Source: Takakia lepidozioides (lineage: Eukaryota; Plantae; Bryophyta). Taken from it: a stretch of DNA of 64,000 nt. The notes below the pieces were generated by a model. The model searched no databases. It was not told the origin of the DNA and saw only the letters and a list, made by a program, of their open reading frames with translations. Position numbers and translations under genes: made by a program. This document shows positions 12,200-25,710 of this stretch, piece after piece; position 1 is the stretch's first letter, and each line of letters starts with the position of its first letter. The stretch is taken from the NCBI GenBank assembly GCA_030704615.1, contig CM060731.1, positions 30,256,001-30,320,000 on the forward strand, in the 5' to 3' direction.

Positions 12200-15100
12200 T
12201 ACGAGATATTCAGCAAAAAGAGAAAGCTATCTGAAAGCTAATTATCTATATCTTTGGGAGAGAGGAATAGACATAGGGGAATCATCTGGACCTCTCACAC
12301 CATTAAGATCAAAGAGTACATCACCCATACCGGAAGAACTAGAGTTGGATGCCACTCCTTCTGTTTCTTTGCAAGAAAGATTAAGGGAATTGGTACGGGA
12401 AGAAGATCAATCACGAGGTGAAAGATCTGAGGTACATCCCTGGATAAAAGATTTGACAGAAATCTTTGATAAGAGTTGGCATGGAACACCAAGCAGGAAC
12501 TCTAGTTTCTGAAGCGGAAGGTGAAGAAGGAGGAGGATGTGGCAGAGCCAACGGAGAGTTCAGACTCTCCAACACCATTACAGTTGAGTTACATGAGTGA
12601 AGAAGAAACCCAAGGGTAGAACTTGGAGGATGAAAACAGAGAGAAGAAATTGGAAGAGGAAGAATATGAAGAAGTAGACCCAACAGCTGAGGTTGAGACT
12701 ACAACCAGGACATCCCAACCCGTTGGACCTGGATCAAGTGGAGCACTTGGATCACAGGCCAACGAAGGTGTCGGCTCAGGGGGATCAGGCGGGCTGCCTG
12801 GATCTGGCTCTGGGGGGACAGGGAGTGTGGGAAGTAGTGCAACTGAAGCTGGGAATACTGTGAATATCGTGGGGTCAGAAGCAGGAGTGCTCAAGGGCCA
12901 CCACTTGGTGGAAGATCCACCACAACAACAACAGGTCCAGAAGGACCAGCACCAGCAAGGGTGCCAGCACCTGTCAGTGGGCAGAAAGTAGGGCCACAGA
13001 TGGCGTTACAACCAACATGGGCAAAACCACATTTTCCAATATATTCAGGAAAAGGGGATCCCGATGTACACATTAGCCAATTTGAGCACATGTGTATAGT
13101 GAACAATGAGAATGGCGATGATGCCAAGATGAGATTGTTTCCTTGTTCACTTATAAAGAAAGCAAGTGAATGGTATGCAAGATTCCCTGATAATCATTTC
13201 CTAACCTGGAATGGCTTGAATACAGCATTCCGAAATAGGTTCAGGACAAGTAAAACTGAGGATGAAGTGTATGGAAGTTTACAAAGTTTAAAGCAAAAGA
13301 AGCATGAAAATGTTTGAGGAGTATATGGAAAAGATGGAATTGATGATGAAAAAGCTGGCTGCAGTACCAGCACCAGGGTTACAGAAGACTTGGTTTGTGA
13401 GTGGACTAAGACCAGAGTTGCAAAAGAAAGTGGATATGTTACCCCATAATACAGTGGAGGAGGCATTTGAAACTGCAAACAGAATTGAGCAATTGGGAAT
13501 GCTCAGGAGAGAGAAAAGGGATGATGAGGACTCTGAGGATGAGTCAGATCAAGAAGAAGAGCAAGAACTAAAAAGGAAGAGTAAGAGAAAGGAGAAGTTG
13601 AAGAGGGATAACTATGAGAAAAGATTGGAAGAAATCTTGAAGAAGTATGCTACAGAGGCTGCAACACATTGGAGGAAGGGTGTATGGTGTGCAAAGTGCC
13701 AGAATGAAGGCCATACCACCATAGAATGCCACATGAAGGAGAAACACTGTACTATCTGTAAAATGGATAACCATTCTAATGAGAATTGTTACTACAACAG
13801 AAGGACAGTTGCAAGAGAACCTAGGCAAGTAAGGGTGCATCAGGCAGCCCCAGCCAAGAAGAAACAATGATCAGGACCACTATGGTAGGTCTGGTGGTTA
13901 TAACAATGGCATGGAAGGGAGAGGTAATTCAAGAGGGAATTACCAAGGAAATTCCAGAGGCAACTATCAGGGTAATCCAAGGGGGAATTACCAGCCCGGG
14001 AATCAGGATTACAGAAATAATCCAAGAGCAGACCAAGGGCGAGGACCCAATGGTGAAGAACTCTGTTACTATTGTAATCAGCCAGACATCGCAAGGCAGC
14101 CTGTTCATTCTGGATTAGACACCAGAATGAGATGAGAGCTCCTGTGAATGAGGGCCCAGTGGTGGCAGCTCACATGGTTAGGCCATGTGTTGTACCAGAA
14201 GTAAGTACAATGATAGTAACAAGAAGTAAAGCCAAACTAATACCTCCAGTAGTAGAGGAAGAAGATGATAATGAAGGTGGCAGTGATATGCCGGAAGATG
14301 ATGAGGCTTGGAGAGATGAGAAGGAACTGCACAAGGAAGTGGCAGATACCATAAGGGAAACGCAGAAGAGTACTGATATTCCTGTGGCAGATTCCTCTGA
14401 TTCTGATGGAGAAGAAGAAGTGAGTGAGGATGAAAGAAGAAAGAAGATGCAGACATGCAAAGTAATGAAGAGACTTTGGCTGAAATAATATGCCAGACCA
14501 AAGCAGAGATTACCATTGGACAACTATTGGCTGTGGCACCTTATTGTAGGCACAGGCTGTATCAAGCAATCAATCGAATTGCCCAGGAGACAGGAAACAC
14601 AGACCTGAACAGCAAGGTGACCAGTTATAATGTGAAGCCGAAGGGCGAGAAACAGTCATGGACTTTGATGATTCTATGCCAGTAATCCAATTGAGAATTG
14701 GAAGCACAGAACTAACTGATGTACTGATAGATGGAGGTTCTGGAGTAAATATCATGACAGACCAATTAAGGAAGAAGCTTGGTCTAAGTAACATGAAACC
14801 AGCCCCATTTACAGTAACAATGGCAGATCAAAGAAGTGTACAGCCATTGGGATTAATAAGAGGAGTTAAGATACAGATACAGAAGATGATCTTTATGATC
14901 ACAGTAACTGTGTTGAAGATGGATGAAGTCATGGAGGCTTACTCCTTATTATTGGGACGTCCGTGGCTGAAACAGGCCAGGGTATTCCATGACTGGAATT
15001 CTCAGTTACTAACCGTGCATAATGGGATACACGAGATACAAATTACCACAAAGAAATCTAGTAGATTACCTGCTACGAGAAGACCTCGAGGAGTCAGAGA

Positions 15101-18100
15101 GTATGACTGGAGAGGAGGACTGGATGAGGAGCAGGAAGCTACCCTGTTTGCTGCACACCCAGAGTGGGAGCAGGTTGCAGAGATGCGGCTGGAAGGCCTA
15201 AGTTGTTTAAGGGGTATCTGCTGTGGTGTAGTGTCAACAACACCGATTGAAGAGGAAACCAGCAGTTACCCATCACATTTCTATGAAGAAAAAGAAGGAG
15301 AAATGGAAATCCTAGAGGAACCAGCCACTGTGAGTTTACAGGATGAAGTGGTGACTGGTTGGACAATCACAGCTGATGAGCAAGTGAGGGAAGTGAATGT
15401 GGGAACTAAAGAGGAACCGAGGATGGTGAAGGTAGGAGCTGATTTGGAGCCAGAATTCTTTGAAGAAGCTAAGAGTTTGTTCATCAAATACAGAGATGTA
15501 TTTGCTTGGAGCTATGAGGATTTAAAAGGGATACCACCTGAAATCTGTCAGCATAAGATTGAACTGGAACCGGGTCAGTACCAATCAAGCAGGCAAGGTA
15601 CAGAATGAATCCCAACTACGCACAGAAGGTTGGAGAAGAGATCAAGAAGTTGGCTGAGGCTAAGTTTATATACCCAATAGAGTATACAACTTGGTTGTCA
15701 CCCATTGTGATAGTTCCCAAGAAGAATGGTAAACTAAGAGTTTGTGTGAACTACAAGAAGCTGAATGCTTGTACGAAGAAAGATCCTTTCCCTTTGCCAT
15801 TCACAGAAGCAGTATTAGACACTGTGGCAGGCCATGAGATGTACTCATTCATGGATGGCTTCAGTGGTTATAATCAAGTGCAAGTGGCAGAAGGAGACCA
15901 AGGAAAAACAGCTTTCATCACAGACTGGGGTGCTTATGCATACAAAGTCATGCCCTTTGGACTTTGTAATGCACCAGCGACCTTTCAGAGAGTGATAAGT
16001 GAATCTTTTCATGAGTATCTGGATGATTTCATGCAGGTGTTCTTGGATGATTTCAGTGTGTACAGCTCTAAGAATGAGCACTTGCATAAATTGGAGTTAT
16101 GTCTGGCCAGATGCAGGATGAGAGGTCTGGGCCTGAATCCAGAGAAGTGTACTTTCTGTGTGAACTCAGGGGTGCTTCTGGGACACATTGTGTGTAAGAG
16201 GGGACTTCTTGTGGATCCCAGGAAAACAGAGGCCATTAAAGCCTCTCCACCACCAGTGAATGTTAAGAGTCTAAGGAGATTCCTTGGACAAACCAGTTAT
16301 TACAGAAGATTTGTCAGACGGTATGCACAGATAGCAGCACCATTGAGCAACTTCTGAAGAAAGATGCAGTGTTTGCATGGACACCTGAATGTCAACAGGC
16401 TTTTGAGGAACTTACATTGTCAGTAACAACTACACCTGTGCTGATTAGTCCTCACTGGCAGAAAATATTTCATGTTCACTGTGATGCTTCTGGAGAAGCA
16501 CTAGGAGCGTGTTAGCCCAGAATGTTACAGGAAATAGATTCACCTGTGTACTATGCTAGCATTGATGAACAATGCTGAAAGAATATAGCACAACTGAAAG
16601 AGAAGCATTGGCAATGATTATGCAGTCAAGAAATTCAGGCATTACCTATTGGGAAGAAGTTTATGTTTATGTGGATCACCAGGCTCTGATATACTGGTGA
16701 ACAAACCTTTGATAAGTGGAAGATAGCGAGGTGGTTAATAATCTTGCACGAGTTTGAGTTCGAAGTTGTTTACAAGCCTGGCCGTTTGCATCTTGTGGCG
16801 GATCATTTGTCACGACTATCAACAGGAGAGGCCAGCCACAGGAGTAGATGATCATTACCTGATGCGAGTTATTTGTATGGAGGTGCAGGGAAGTGCAGAT
16901 GACTGGTTAGATTGGCAGTGGCCAATCAGATACTACCTTGCTCATGGTCAGTGCCCACCAAGTTATGGAAAGGAGCAGAGAAAGAGAATTGCTATCAAGG
17001 CTCTACCTTACACTATGGTAGGGAGCAGAATGTATAAGCTAGGACCAGATGGAGTGCTGAAGCGATGCTTATACCACCATGAAGTTAATAAAGTTTTGGA
17101 GGAAGTTCATAAAGGAGTGGCAGGAGGTCATTTTGGAGAAGAGACTACCAGCAGGAAAATACTACATGCAGGTTACTGGTGGCCTACTTTGTTCAAAGAT
17201 GTACACAAGTATTGTCAGAGTTGTGATGAATGTCAGAGGCTGGGACCTTTGCAGAGATCTGGGAAAATGTCTTTGCATCATCCTACAATGCCTACGGAAC
17301 CATTTCAGAAATGGGGACTAGACTTTGTTGGACCAATTAACCCACCAGCCAAGAATACACAGAACAGGTACATAATTACAACATACACACTGATTATACT
17401 ACGAAGTGGGTGGAAGCTAAAGCTTTGAGGGACAACACAGCCAAGTCCACAGCAAGGTTTCTGTATGAGAACATACTTACACGATTTGGCTGTCCCTTGG
17501 AATTTATCAGTGATCAAGGAAGTCACTTCATTAATGAGACCATTGAATTGTTGACTAAAGAGTTCATGATTGTGCATAGGAAGAGTACAACATATTACCC
17601 ACAGGGTAATGGGCAGGCAGAGGCTACCAACAAAATACTATGTACTATCTTGGCTAAGATAGTCAATGCAAACAGAACGGATTGGGATACAAAGCTGCTG
17701 ACAGCTTTGTGGTCATACAGGACTTCATATAAAGTCACCACTAAGTATACACCATTCCAATTAGTTTATGGTATGGAAGCCTTACTTCCAGTGGAATTCC
17801 TGTTACCTACCATGAGAACGGAATGGGGAAAGAGAATGGAATTGCAAGATTCCATTAAAGTCAGGAAACATGAATTATACCATGTGGAAGAAGTACGTGC
17901 TGATGCAGCTGATAATATGACCAGAATTCAGATGAAGAGGAAGGAACAGTTTGATGAAGGCAAGTTAAAGACTTTTAAGACGGGAGATTTGGTTCTATGG
18001 TTGCAGAAGAAGGGAAAGATTAAAGCTTCTAAGCTTAAATCACCATGGAAAGGACCTTATGTCATACAAAAGATGTATGATAACAACACCGCCATGTTAC

Positions 18101-18200
18101 AAACCATTAACAAAGAGATGCTGGGAAGAGTCAATGCTAATAAGTTGAAGGGGTACAGTGGTATCCATGACAAACCATTGCAGCATGATTTGCATGTTGA
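12200..18200 (+). pseudogene. gag-pol: gag-pol of the inner Gypsy element (gag with CCHC knuckles and NYQG repeats, protease, RT, RNase H, integrase), frameshifted and apparently 5'-truncated
   Basis: YSGKGDPDVHI...LFPCSL...ASEWY; CAKCQNEGHTTIEC; LIDGGSGVN; WLSPIVIVPKKNGKLRVC; VFLDDFSV; HCDASG; GGHFG...CDECQ; WGLDFVGP; SDQGSHF; PQGNGQAE. Confidence 0.92.
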
Positions 18201-18329
18201 AACGCAAAAGCAGTCACGGGCTGCGCCAGTGTTACCAACGGAGTATGGAGCACTTGTCGCTAGGCCGAGCATATATGACCAGGGCGGGCAGAACAAGCGA
18301 CACAGACACAGCCTATCACAGCCCAGCAC

Positions 18330-18829
18330 NNNNNNNNNNNNNNNNNNNNNNNNNNNNNNNNNNNNNNNNNNNNNNNNNNNNNNNNNNNNNNNNNNNNNNN
18401 NNNNNNNNNNNNNNNNNNNNNNNNNNNNNNNNNNNNNNNNNNNNNNNNNNNNNNNNNNNNNNNNNNNNNNNNNNNNNNNNNNNNNNNNNNNNNNNNNNNN
18501 NNNNNNNNNNNNNNNNNNNNNNNNNNNNNNNNNNNNNNNNNNNNNNNNNNNNNNNNNNNNNNNNNNNNNNNNNNNNNNNNNNNNNNNNNNNNNNNNNNNN
18601 NNNNNNNNNNNNNNNNNNNNNNNNNNNNNNNNNNNNNNNNNNNNNNNNNNNNNNNNNNNNNNNNNNNNNNNNNNNNNNNNNNNNNNNNNNNNNNNNNNNN
18701 NNNNNNNNNNNNNNNNNNNNNNNNNNNNNNNNNNNNNNNNNNNNNNNNNNNNNNNNNNNNNNNNNNNNNNNNNNNNNNNNNNNNNNNNNNNNNNNNNNNN
18801 NNNNNNNNNNNNNNNNNNNNNNNNNNNNN
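18330..18829. other. Assembly gap (500 N), flanked by CACAGC-type repeats
   Basis: Run of N. Confidence 1.
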
Positions 18830-19426
18830 TTAACACAGCCTACTAGGGTTACACAATCCATAGAATCAGTGACAGGTGGACGCAGGAAACTTCAGTGAAA
18901 TGGCCGGCGGAAGAAAGGACGGAAGCCAGTTTACAAAGGGACACGTGAAGTCAAGGCGCAACACACAGCTGAGAAGGAAGTGCAAGAACGGATGTCATCA
19001 AGAAAGGGGACAAGATGGCCGTCAAAATACCTAATCAGTGCGTCAAATTGGATGAATGGCGGGCCCATTAATGAATACAGAAAGGGGCAACAGAACAAAC
19101 GGCAAGTACAGAAAAGCAAAATTCTTGTCACATGTGTTATATCCTAGTGGACAGTCCAGCAGGAAAAGTCCACTAAAGAAAATTAAATCTAAAATCCAGT
19201 CACAGCGGTTACAGCCATAGAAAGCCAGAGGGGATCAAGAAATTGGAGGGAAATTAAGCGCAAGAGTCGGCGTCGTTCTGAGTAACGGGCGTCTCGACGG
19301 GACAAACCATCAATGCTATTAGCTTTGAAGCTATGGAGGAACTAACAGACTATACGCTCGCAATATTACTTACGCAGTGGCATAGGGACGAAACAACAGA
19401 GCGGATCTTTTCTCTTTGATCGATGC

Positions 19427-22400
19427 TTGCAAGCCCCGCAGGCTTACAAGAAATTACCCATAGCTTTTTGTGGCAACCATACGTTTATGCTTTGCACTAC
19501 AGGCATTTCTTCAGTTGTTATAGCCAAATACATTCTGTGGTCTAGAATGAAGAGAGTGAGAGGAATGGAGGAAATCAGGGTGAAGAGCACCACAATTCTG
19601 CAGAAACAAACGATTGCTACCCCACAGGCGATACAGATACTGAAGGAGCTGAGATTGCAAGGATTGCAAAGCAAAGATTGGACATTGCACCATAGACAGT
19701 ACATGTTACACAATTCTTGCAGAACTTTGAGCCAAGGACAGGAGCAACAACGTGAAGGGAGTTGAATTAGTAATTACTCCCCTATACCTACAGCAATTGT
19801 TTTGATTGCCAGCAGCCAGGTGCATGTGAAGGAGCACAGGGCAAGACTGCAAATATGGGACTTATTCCAGAAGGGAGTTTCTTTAAAACTCAGGGTTATG
19901 CTTGTACCAAGGCCGTGTACCCAGGGCTAAAGGAGGTAGGCCAGGTATTGAACGTTCTGTTTGCCATGAAACAGAACCAACAGTATTTGAGCAGATCCTT
20001 CACAGAGGAAATACTCAAAGCCCTGAGAGGAGAAGAGGTAGAATGGGCGGACATAATGTACAACACACTGGTAGAGGAGATGAAAAGATTACAGGGTACT
20101 GCCGCAAAGTCTCCTATCATAGTGTCTGGCCCAATCATTGCTCAAATAATTCTTGATTCTGGCATACTTGATGCGCGAGAAAGAAAGGAGATGGGAGTGT
20201 TTGAGCCAGAAACCACTGCAATGGAAAAGACAAGGCTCTTCACACAGTGAGGGTGGACTGGCAGGGCAACCCGAGAATAAAGGACAGAGGCGGGGAAAGA
20301 CTGTAGTGGCGGATCCACTGGCTTCACGGAATCCGCATGATAATGTTTCCCAAGTTTTTGTGCAGGAAGGGGCACATCAGCACAGAGAACTGCTATTACT
20401 GGAAGCAGGACCTTCAGAGAGGGAAGAGGAAGTTACTTCAGTATCACAGCCATCACAGCCAGAGGATCGGCTTGTCACAAGGTTACCACAAGTTGTCCAT
20501 GCAGTTCAACCAGAAATAATTGATTTAGAAAAAGAAGGGTTAGATATTCCCACTACAGAACAGGTGGTGGCAGAAATTGAGAAGGGGGCTTCTCTATGAA
20601 TATTCTGGTATGGTCAAGGACACAGTGATTCCGGAGGTGCAACGGTTGTCCAAGGGAAACCCTGCGGCGCATATAATACACACACCTGTGACGGAGGTAC
20701 CACAGGTAGAATGCCAAGACACTGCAGCACCAGTGACGGATGAAGTGGTTCAGGAAGAAAATCTGGTGGGGCAATGGCCTGAATGGTTCGTAAGGCATCA
20801 CACTGTTGAGGATCAGCAGGGAGAACAGCAGCAAGCTCACCATGATGACCCTCAACAGGCTATGCTTATGAGTTCCATAAGCAGGACACTTGAATTTGTT
20901 GGGTACTTATGTCAAATCCCATGTTCCCACTACTCAATTGGCAGCTTTGAGGAGGAACTCAGGAAAGAGTTTGAGGCTCGACTTGCCACAGAGTGTGCAA
21001 ACAAGGTCGATGAAGAGGTCACTCTCAAAATGCAGCAAAACTTGGAGAGTACAGAAGCGGCTTTGCAATTGGCCAAGGAACAATTGATTGAGGCAGCCCT
21101 CGCAAAGAACACTTGCACGAAGCACATAAGCAACAGCTATACCAAATGCAGGTGAAGCATGAAAGCAAGTTGCAAGAAGTGAATGCACTACATATGGAGT
21201 TGCAGACAGTGCATGACAGATGGCCATACAATGTGCTACACTCACAACTATGCTTGACCAATCTACAAAAGAAATAAACAGTCAAGCGGAAAAATGTACA
21301 AAGGCAGAGGAGAGAATGTTGAGCAAATGAAACTCATTGTCGATATGAAGAATACAATCTGTCGCAATGAGGATACTTTCAAGCAATACAGGCAGGTTGA
21401 AGCTGACCAAGAGAAGCACATCCTGGAGTTGCAACAAACGGTCATGGCCAATAGAAATGAAATCTCGGTCACTAACAAGGCTTGGAAGGAAGCCAATAAT
21501 CTGCTTGCTGCTTATGCGAATTTGGTTGAACCTCATGCGAAGCGCATGGAGGCTTTACAACAGCAGTTAGATGTGTACAAACTCAGAGAGGAGCACACTC
21601 TCAGAGGAACCACAAGCAACTTGGTGGATAACCACCTTATGCAGGTCTGGTTAGCACAAGGGCCAGTGGAGGGCAAAGCACCACGAAAGCTCACCCAAAG
21701 CGAGATGAATGAGCTCAGACTGCAAGTGCAGAACATTGCCACAACTACTATAGACAATGTCTATAGTAGGATAGCGGAGTTACAGGAGGATGTAGACGGA
21801 CTGCAGACTCAAGTAGAGGACCTAACTTCAGATATCGACAAAAGAGTCTATATACCTGAGGAACAGCTAATGGCTTCTTTACAAGCCAGAACTTTGGCTT
21901 TTCAATCTTCTTCACAGCAGGTGCAGGAGATGCCAATGATACAAGAGCCAGTGCCATCAACACCACAACAAGTCACTGTGCCAGTAGCTGACCCTGTTGT
22001 TACTACAGCCACACCACAGCCACCACAGCCTGACGGTATGGGGCAATGCTGCTTTTAACCCACCTAAAACTCCAGCTGCAAGGGAGTACAGTAGGGCTAT
22101 GATTATGCCCTTCAACCAAATTCCCATTGTGTTGGATTTGGTTTGGAAAGAATTTAGTCCTCCGCAGTCATTCGCACATTACTATCAAATCATGCGCATA
22201 TGGCTGCCAGTGGCAACTAGGACTAAAGTTCTTCCGAACAATCGACCAATTGAGGATCATCACTTTGCACAGTACTGGCATGAGGCAGGTACCATGTTGA
22301 AGGAATTAATTGCTTTCCAAGTTGTCCATGGATTCATTTATACCAAGACCAAGGAGGTAGCAAGTATTGTCATGGGATGCGGGTTATACTACGCTGCTTG

Positions 22401-23099
22401 TTTTCTGGTACGTTATCACATTGAGCAGCACAAGATGCAATCGCGCTTTCTGAGTTATTCCAGTGGGGATCATTGGGTCTTACCTTCAGTGCCACCTCAT
22501 ATGTACCTATATGAGGCAAAAGTTATGATACAAAAGGATTCTCAAATTCGTTCATGGTTTCATGCGGCCTGGAACAATTTGTCCAACACAGAAATTCGGC
22601 ATTGATGATATTTTCTATAAGGGACATGTGGCATGGAAATACTTGCACAATTCCAAGTCATTGGTACCCCACTCACCTGGACAGAAAAGGAGCTCAGGGT
22701 CTTCACCAATTTTGCCATTCAGCGTTTACAGCAAGTTTTAAATATAAACTTCCAGACATGGTAGGACAACATTGTATGCCCCAGAGGATTCCACAAAAAG
22801 TTCGACAATTAAAACACCTGAGAGGCGATGAGGATTCTGATACAACTGTTTCTTCAGCGGACTCTTTTGACATGGGAGAAGACTATGCAATTCAGATGGC
22901 AGAAAAGAAGCGACGGGGGTCTCCTATGCCTGAAAGGTTACCTCGATATCAGCCTCCAGAGGGCCTCACATATCCAGGTAGTGTTCAATCATCTCCGTCA
23001 ACCAGTGACAGACCTCGGGCTCGTACACACAGTCCGCCACGAAACTCTCAACGTCAGAAAGGTGCTCGCTCACAAAGGTTTGCTAATCCCAATCAGTAA
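19427..23099 (+). pseudogene. Large additional ORF region downstream of the integrase (broken; Q/E-rich, coiled-coil-like; unknown function)
   Basis: Chain of overlapping same-strand ORF pieces (19427, 19855, 20153, 20577, 21294, 21997, 22554) that ends just before a PPT-like tract. Confidence 0.6.
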
Positions 23100-23120
23100 A
23101 CCGTGAGGACACGGCTTTTT

Positions 23121-23136
23121 GAGAGGGAAAGGATAA
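23121..23136 (+). other. Polypurine-tract-like sequence followed by TGTTAG
   Basis: GAGAGGGAAAGGATAA|TGTT. Confidence 0.5.
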
Positions 23137-23476
23137 TGTTAGAGGACTGTCTGGGACTTAGACACTTATACGGGATCTGTGGGGTACCCTTAATTTTTGC
23201 ACAGACTGAGACCAACAGGAGCCTTAGGGGTGACAGCAGCGCACTTTAGGGGGGGTTACACAGCCCGTCACAGCCAACACAGCCCGACACAGCCAGACAC
23301 AGTCAACACAGCCCGACACAGCCCATCACAGCCAACACAGCCCGTCACAGCCGACACAGCCACATAGCTAGTCACAGCCCGACACAGCCAAACACAGTCG
23401 CACAGCCAGCCACAGCCCGACACAGCCGGTCACAGCCCGTCACAGTTTCACACAGCCAGTCACAGCTTGACACAGC

Positions 23477-24175
23477 TGTCACGACCATAGGGAACGGATA
23501 GCAGGACAGGGAACGACTATGGGGAACAACACATGCGAATGGAACATGTTAGTTCACGGACGACGGTTAGTGAGGGAAACGGTTAGAACAACGGGTAGGA
23601 AGATAAAGCGAGGAGCAAGGACTGAAAGGAGGATGATTCTTGGAGCACTTCGGGGGGGAATCACTGCTGGAAGGAGTGGGATGAGCACTTCTTGGGAAAG
23701 ACTTCGGACATCACTGAGGGAAAGGAGGAGAGAGCGTATCTCTAAGCAGAAAGATGGAGAGCACGGAGTAGGAGGAGGATCTGTTGATGCTTAATGAATG
23801 CAGGCAGTAGAATTGTAATGTAGAACAGATTAGAGACTCCATGGCTTCAGCCTGATACTTGATAGATATTAATATGATACACACTTCATACTCACACTGT
23901 GTAGAGAGATCTGAGTGAAGCTGTGGAATGAATGGATGAGTTGATGGAATCCGATAAATTGATGAAGCAAACTGATACTTAATTACCAGCAGTAAGGTAA
24001 CTAGCTAACATGAATGCGGGAAGGAAAACAAATAGGAAACACCCCCATGATACACTAGCTGTAGGTCATGACTGATTGTTCTGGGCGGGCTGAGTACTTA
24101 GAGATTTCCAACTCTTCTATCTTGGAGTTTCCGCCTCAGATAGCGAAGGGATGGGTGAGTAAAAGCCGCGCGACA
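23477..24175 (+). repeat. 3' LTR (core) of the inner Gypsy element, preceded by a (CACAGC)n minisatellite at 23258-23476
   Basis: TGTCACGACC...CCGCGCGACA; abuts the chromovirus protease at 24176. Confidence 0.85.
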
Positions 24176-25655
24176 AGATCCACTCCATCGATCTCGCAGA
24201 TGGTGAAGTTCTCACGTCCCTCCCAACTCCCCAGTTGAAGAGGAACATCAAACGCCAACCTTGTCGCCAACTGTGGTTCTCCTTTGGCAGAACGCACCTC
24301 AATAGAGGCCCCCACGTCACTTGTCGGGAGTCCCAGCTTTTGTGCCGTTGCCGGTGTCATGAAGGAGTGCGACGCTTCTGTGTCCACCAACAACAACACA
24401 TTAGTTCTGGATATTATCCTATCCACGAACAATAACTGACTCCCTTTACGTAAGGCGCCAGTTTCCTGATACAACTCACAAGAAAATTTGCCTACCTTGC
24501 AAGTCCTTGCGACCACCGCTTCCACCAAGCGACTGATGGTATCTTCCGACAGCTCTGTGGTCGCTCGAGTCATGTTCAATTGCCGGGGCTTCGTGCATTT
24601 CTTGGCCATGTGCCTGGGCTCCCCGCAATTGAAACACACTCCATCAAAGGTTGCCTTCTGTCCGCCATAGGCCGCTCCACCCGCTTTTTCTTTCGAAGCA
24701 CCGGGTGCCGCCTTGACTTGTGATGGCCCTCCCTTCGATTTCCATGTGCCATTGTCGCCGCGTGGTTTATCCCACTTCTTTTCCGGTCGGAAGGAGTCAC
24801 CTTCCCGCCGAGTCTTCTTGTGGTTCAGCTCCGTACGGCCTTGTCTTTCACCCTAGGGACATCTGAGAAACATTCAGCCCTCTCAATTGCCTCGTTCAAA
24901 GTCTTAGGTGGCTTCTCCTCCAACTTCCGCCTGGCCCATGGGGCCAATCCCGCCACAAAGTTGAAGACCATTTCCGGTTCTGCCATGTCCGCGACTTCGA
25001 GCAAAAGCACATTGAAAGCCTGGACATATCCCCGAATGTCGTCTGTTTGCTTCAAATTCCTCATCTTGTCCCGGGCAAGCCAGGACGCGTTGAGGGGCAC
25101 AAACTGTCTCTTCATCAATTCCTTGAACCCACTCCAGTTCAAGGTTTCCAGGCTTGGACCTCGGTCGTGAAGGCGTTTCTGCCACCATTGTTGAGCATAG
25201 CCCCTCAAATAGGTGGGAGCCACTTCCACCCGATCCTCGTCACTCAACTTGGCCGCCCGGAAGTACTGCTCTAGCTCTAGGAGCCAGGTGTTGAGTGCCT
25301 TCCGATTTTGGATGCCCTCGAAGGTGCCGGGTTCCTTAGGCTTCACCTTAAACTTTGCCTTAGTAGAAGTGACATTAGCCGCCTTCAACACGTCTTTCAA
25401 CGTCCCGCCAAACTGCGCCAACAACCCTTCCCAAAAGGCTGCCGGCACGGAAGGCATCTCTTGGTTTGTCGAAGCTCTCAAGGATTCCTCGGGCTCCGAC
25501 TCCTCAGATTCCTCCCGCTCTTGAGCGGCCTCGTTTTCAGAAACATGCATCGCTTCCTCAAACGGCTGCCTCGGTGACACGTCGCCCCCATCGGGCTCAC
25601 CAGGATCATCATCTTTTGGGCCGTTCCGCTTTCGCTTCGGCTTGCCCGGCCCCAT
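24176..25655 (-). pseudogene. gag: Chromovirus gag, CCHC knuckle and aspartic protease
   Basis: KPKEPGTFEG...WLLELEQYF...YLRGYAQQWW; CFNCGEPRHMAKKC; LLVDTEASHSF. Confidence 0.9.
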
Positions 25656-25696
25656 GATGAGGCCAATCCCAAGGACGATCGCGTACTAAACTCTAA

Positions 25697-25708
25697 GCTC
25701 TGATACCA
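25697..25708 (-). other. Primer binding site (initiator Met tRNA)
   Basis: TGGTATCAGAGC on the minus strand, 2 bp from the 5' LTR. Confidence 0.92.
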
Positions 25709-25710
25709 AG

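Larger units (their letters stand above)
11331..24175 (+). mobile_element. Non-chromovirus Ty3/Gypsy element (Athila/Tat-related, Phygy/Selgy-like) bounded by inverted copies of its LTR-like repeat
   Basis: gag-PR-RT-RH-INT on the + strand. 11331-12199 is the reverse complement of about 23308-24175. No TSD (CCAAA vs AGATC). Spans an assembly gap. Confidence 0.8.

Noticed and set aside
18057-18898. ORFs extending through the X run
   Set aside because: Artefacts of the 500-N assembly gap.
11331-24175. DIRS-type retroelement (inverted terminal repeats)
   Set aside because: It encodes a protease and a DDE integrase; no tyrosine recombinase motif was recognised.
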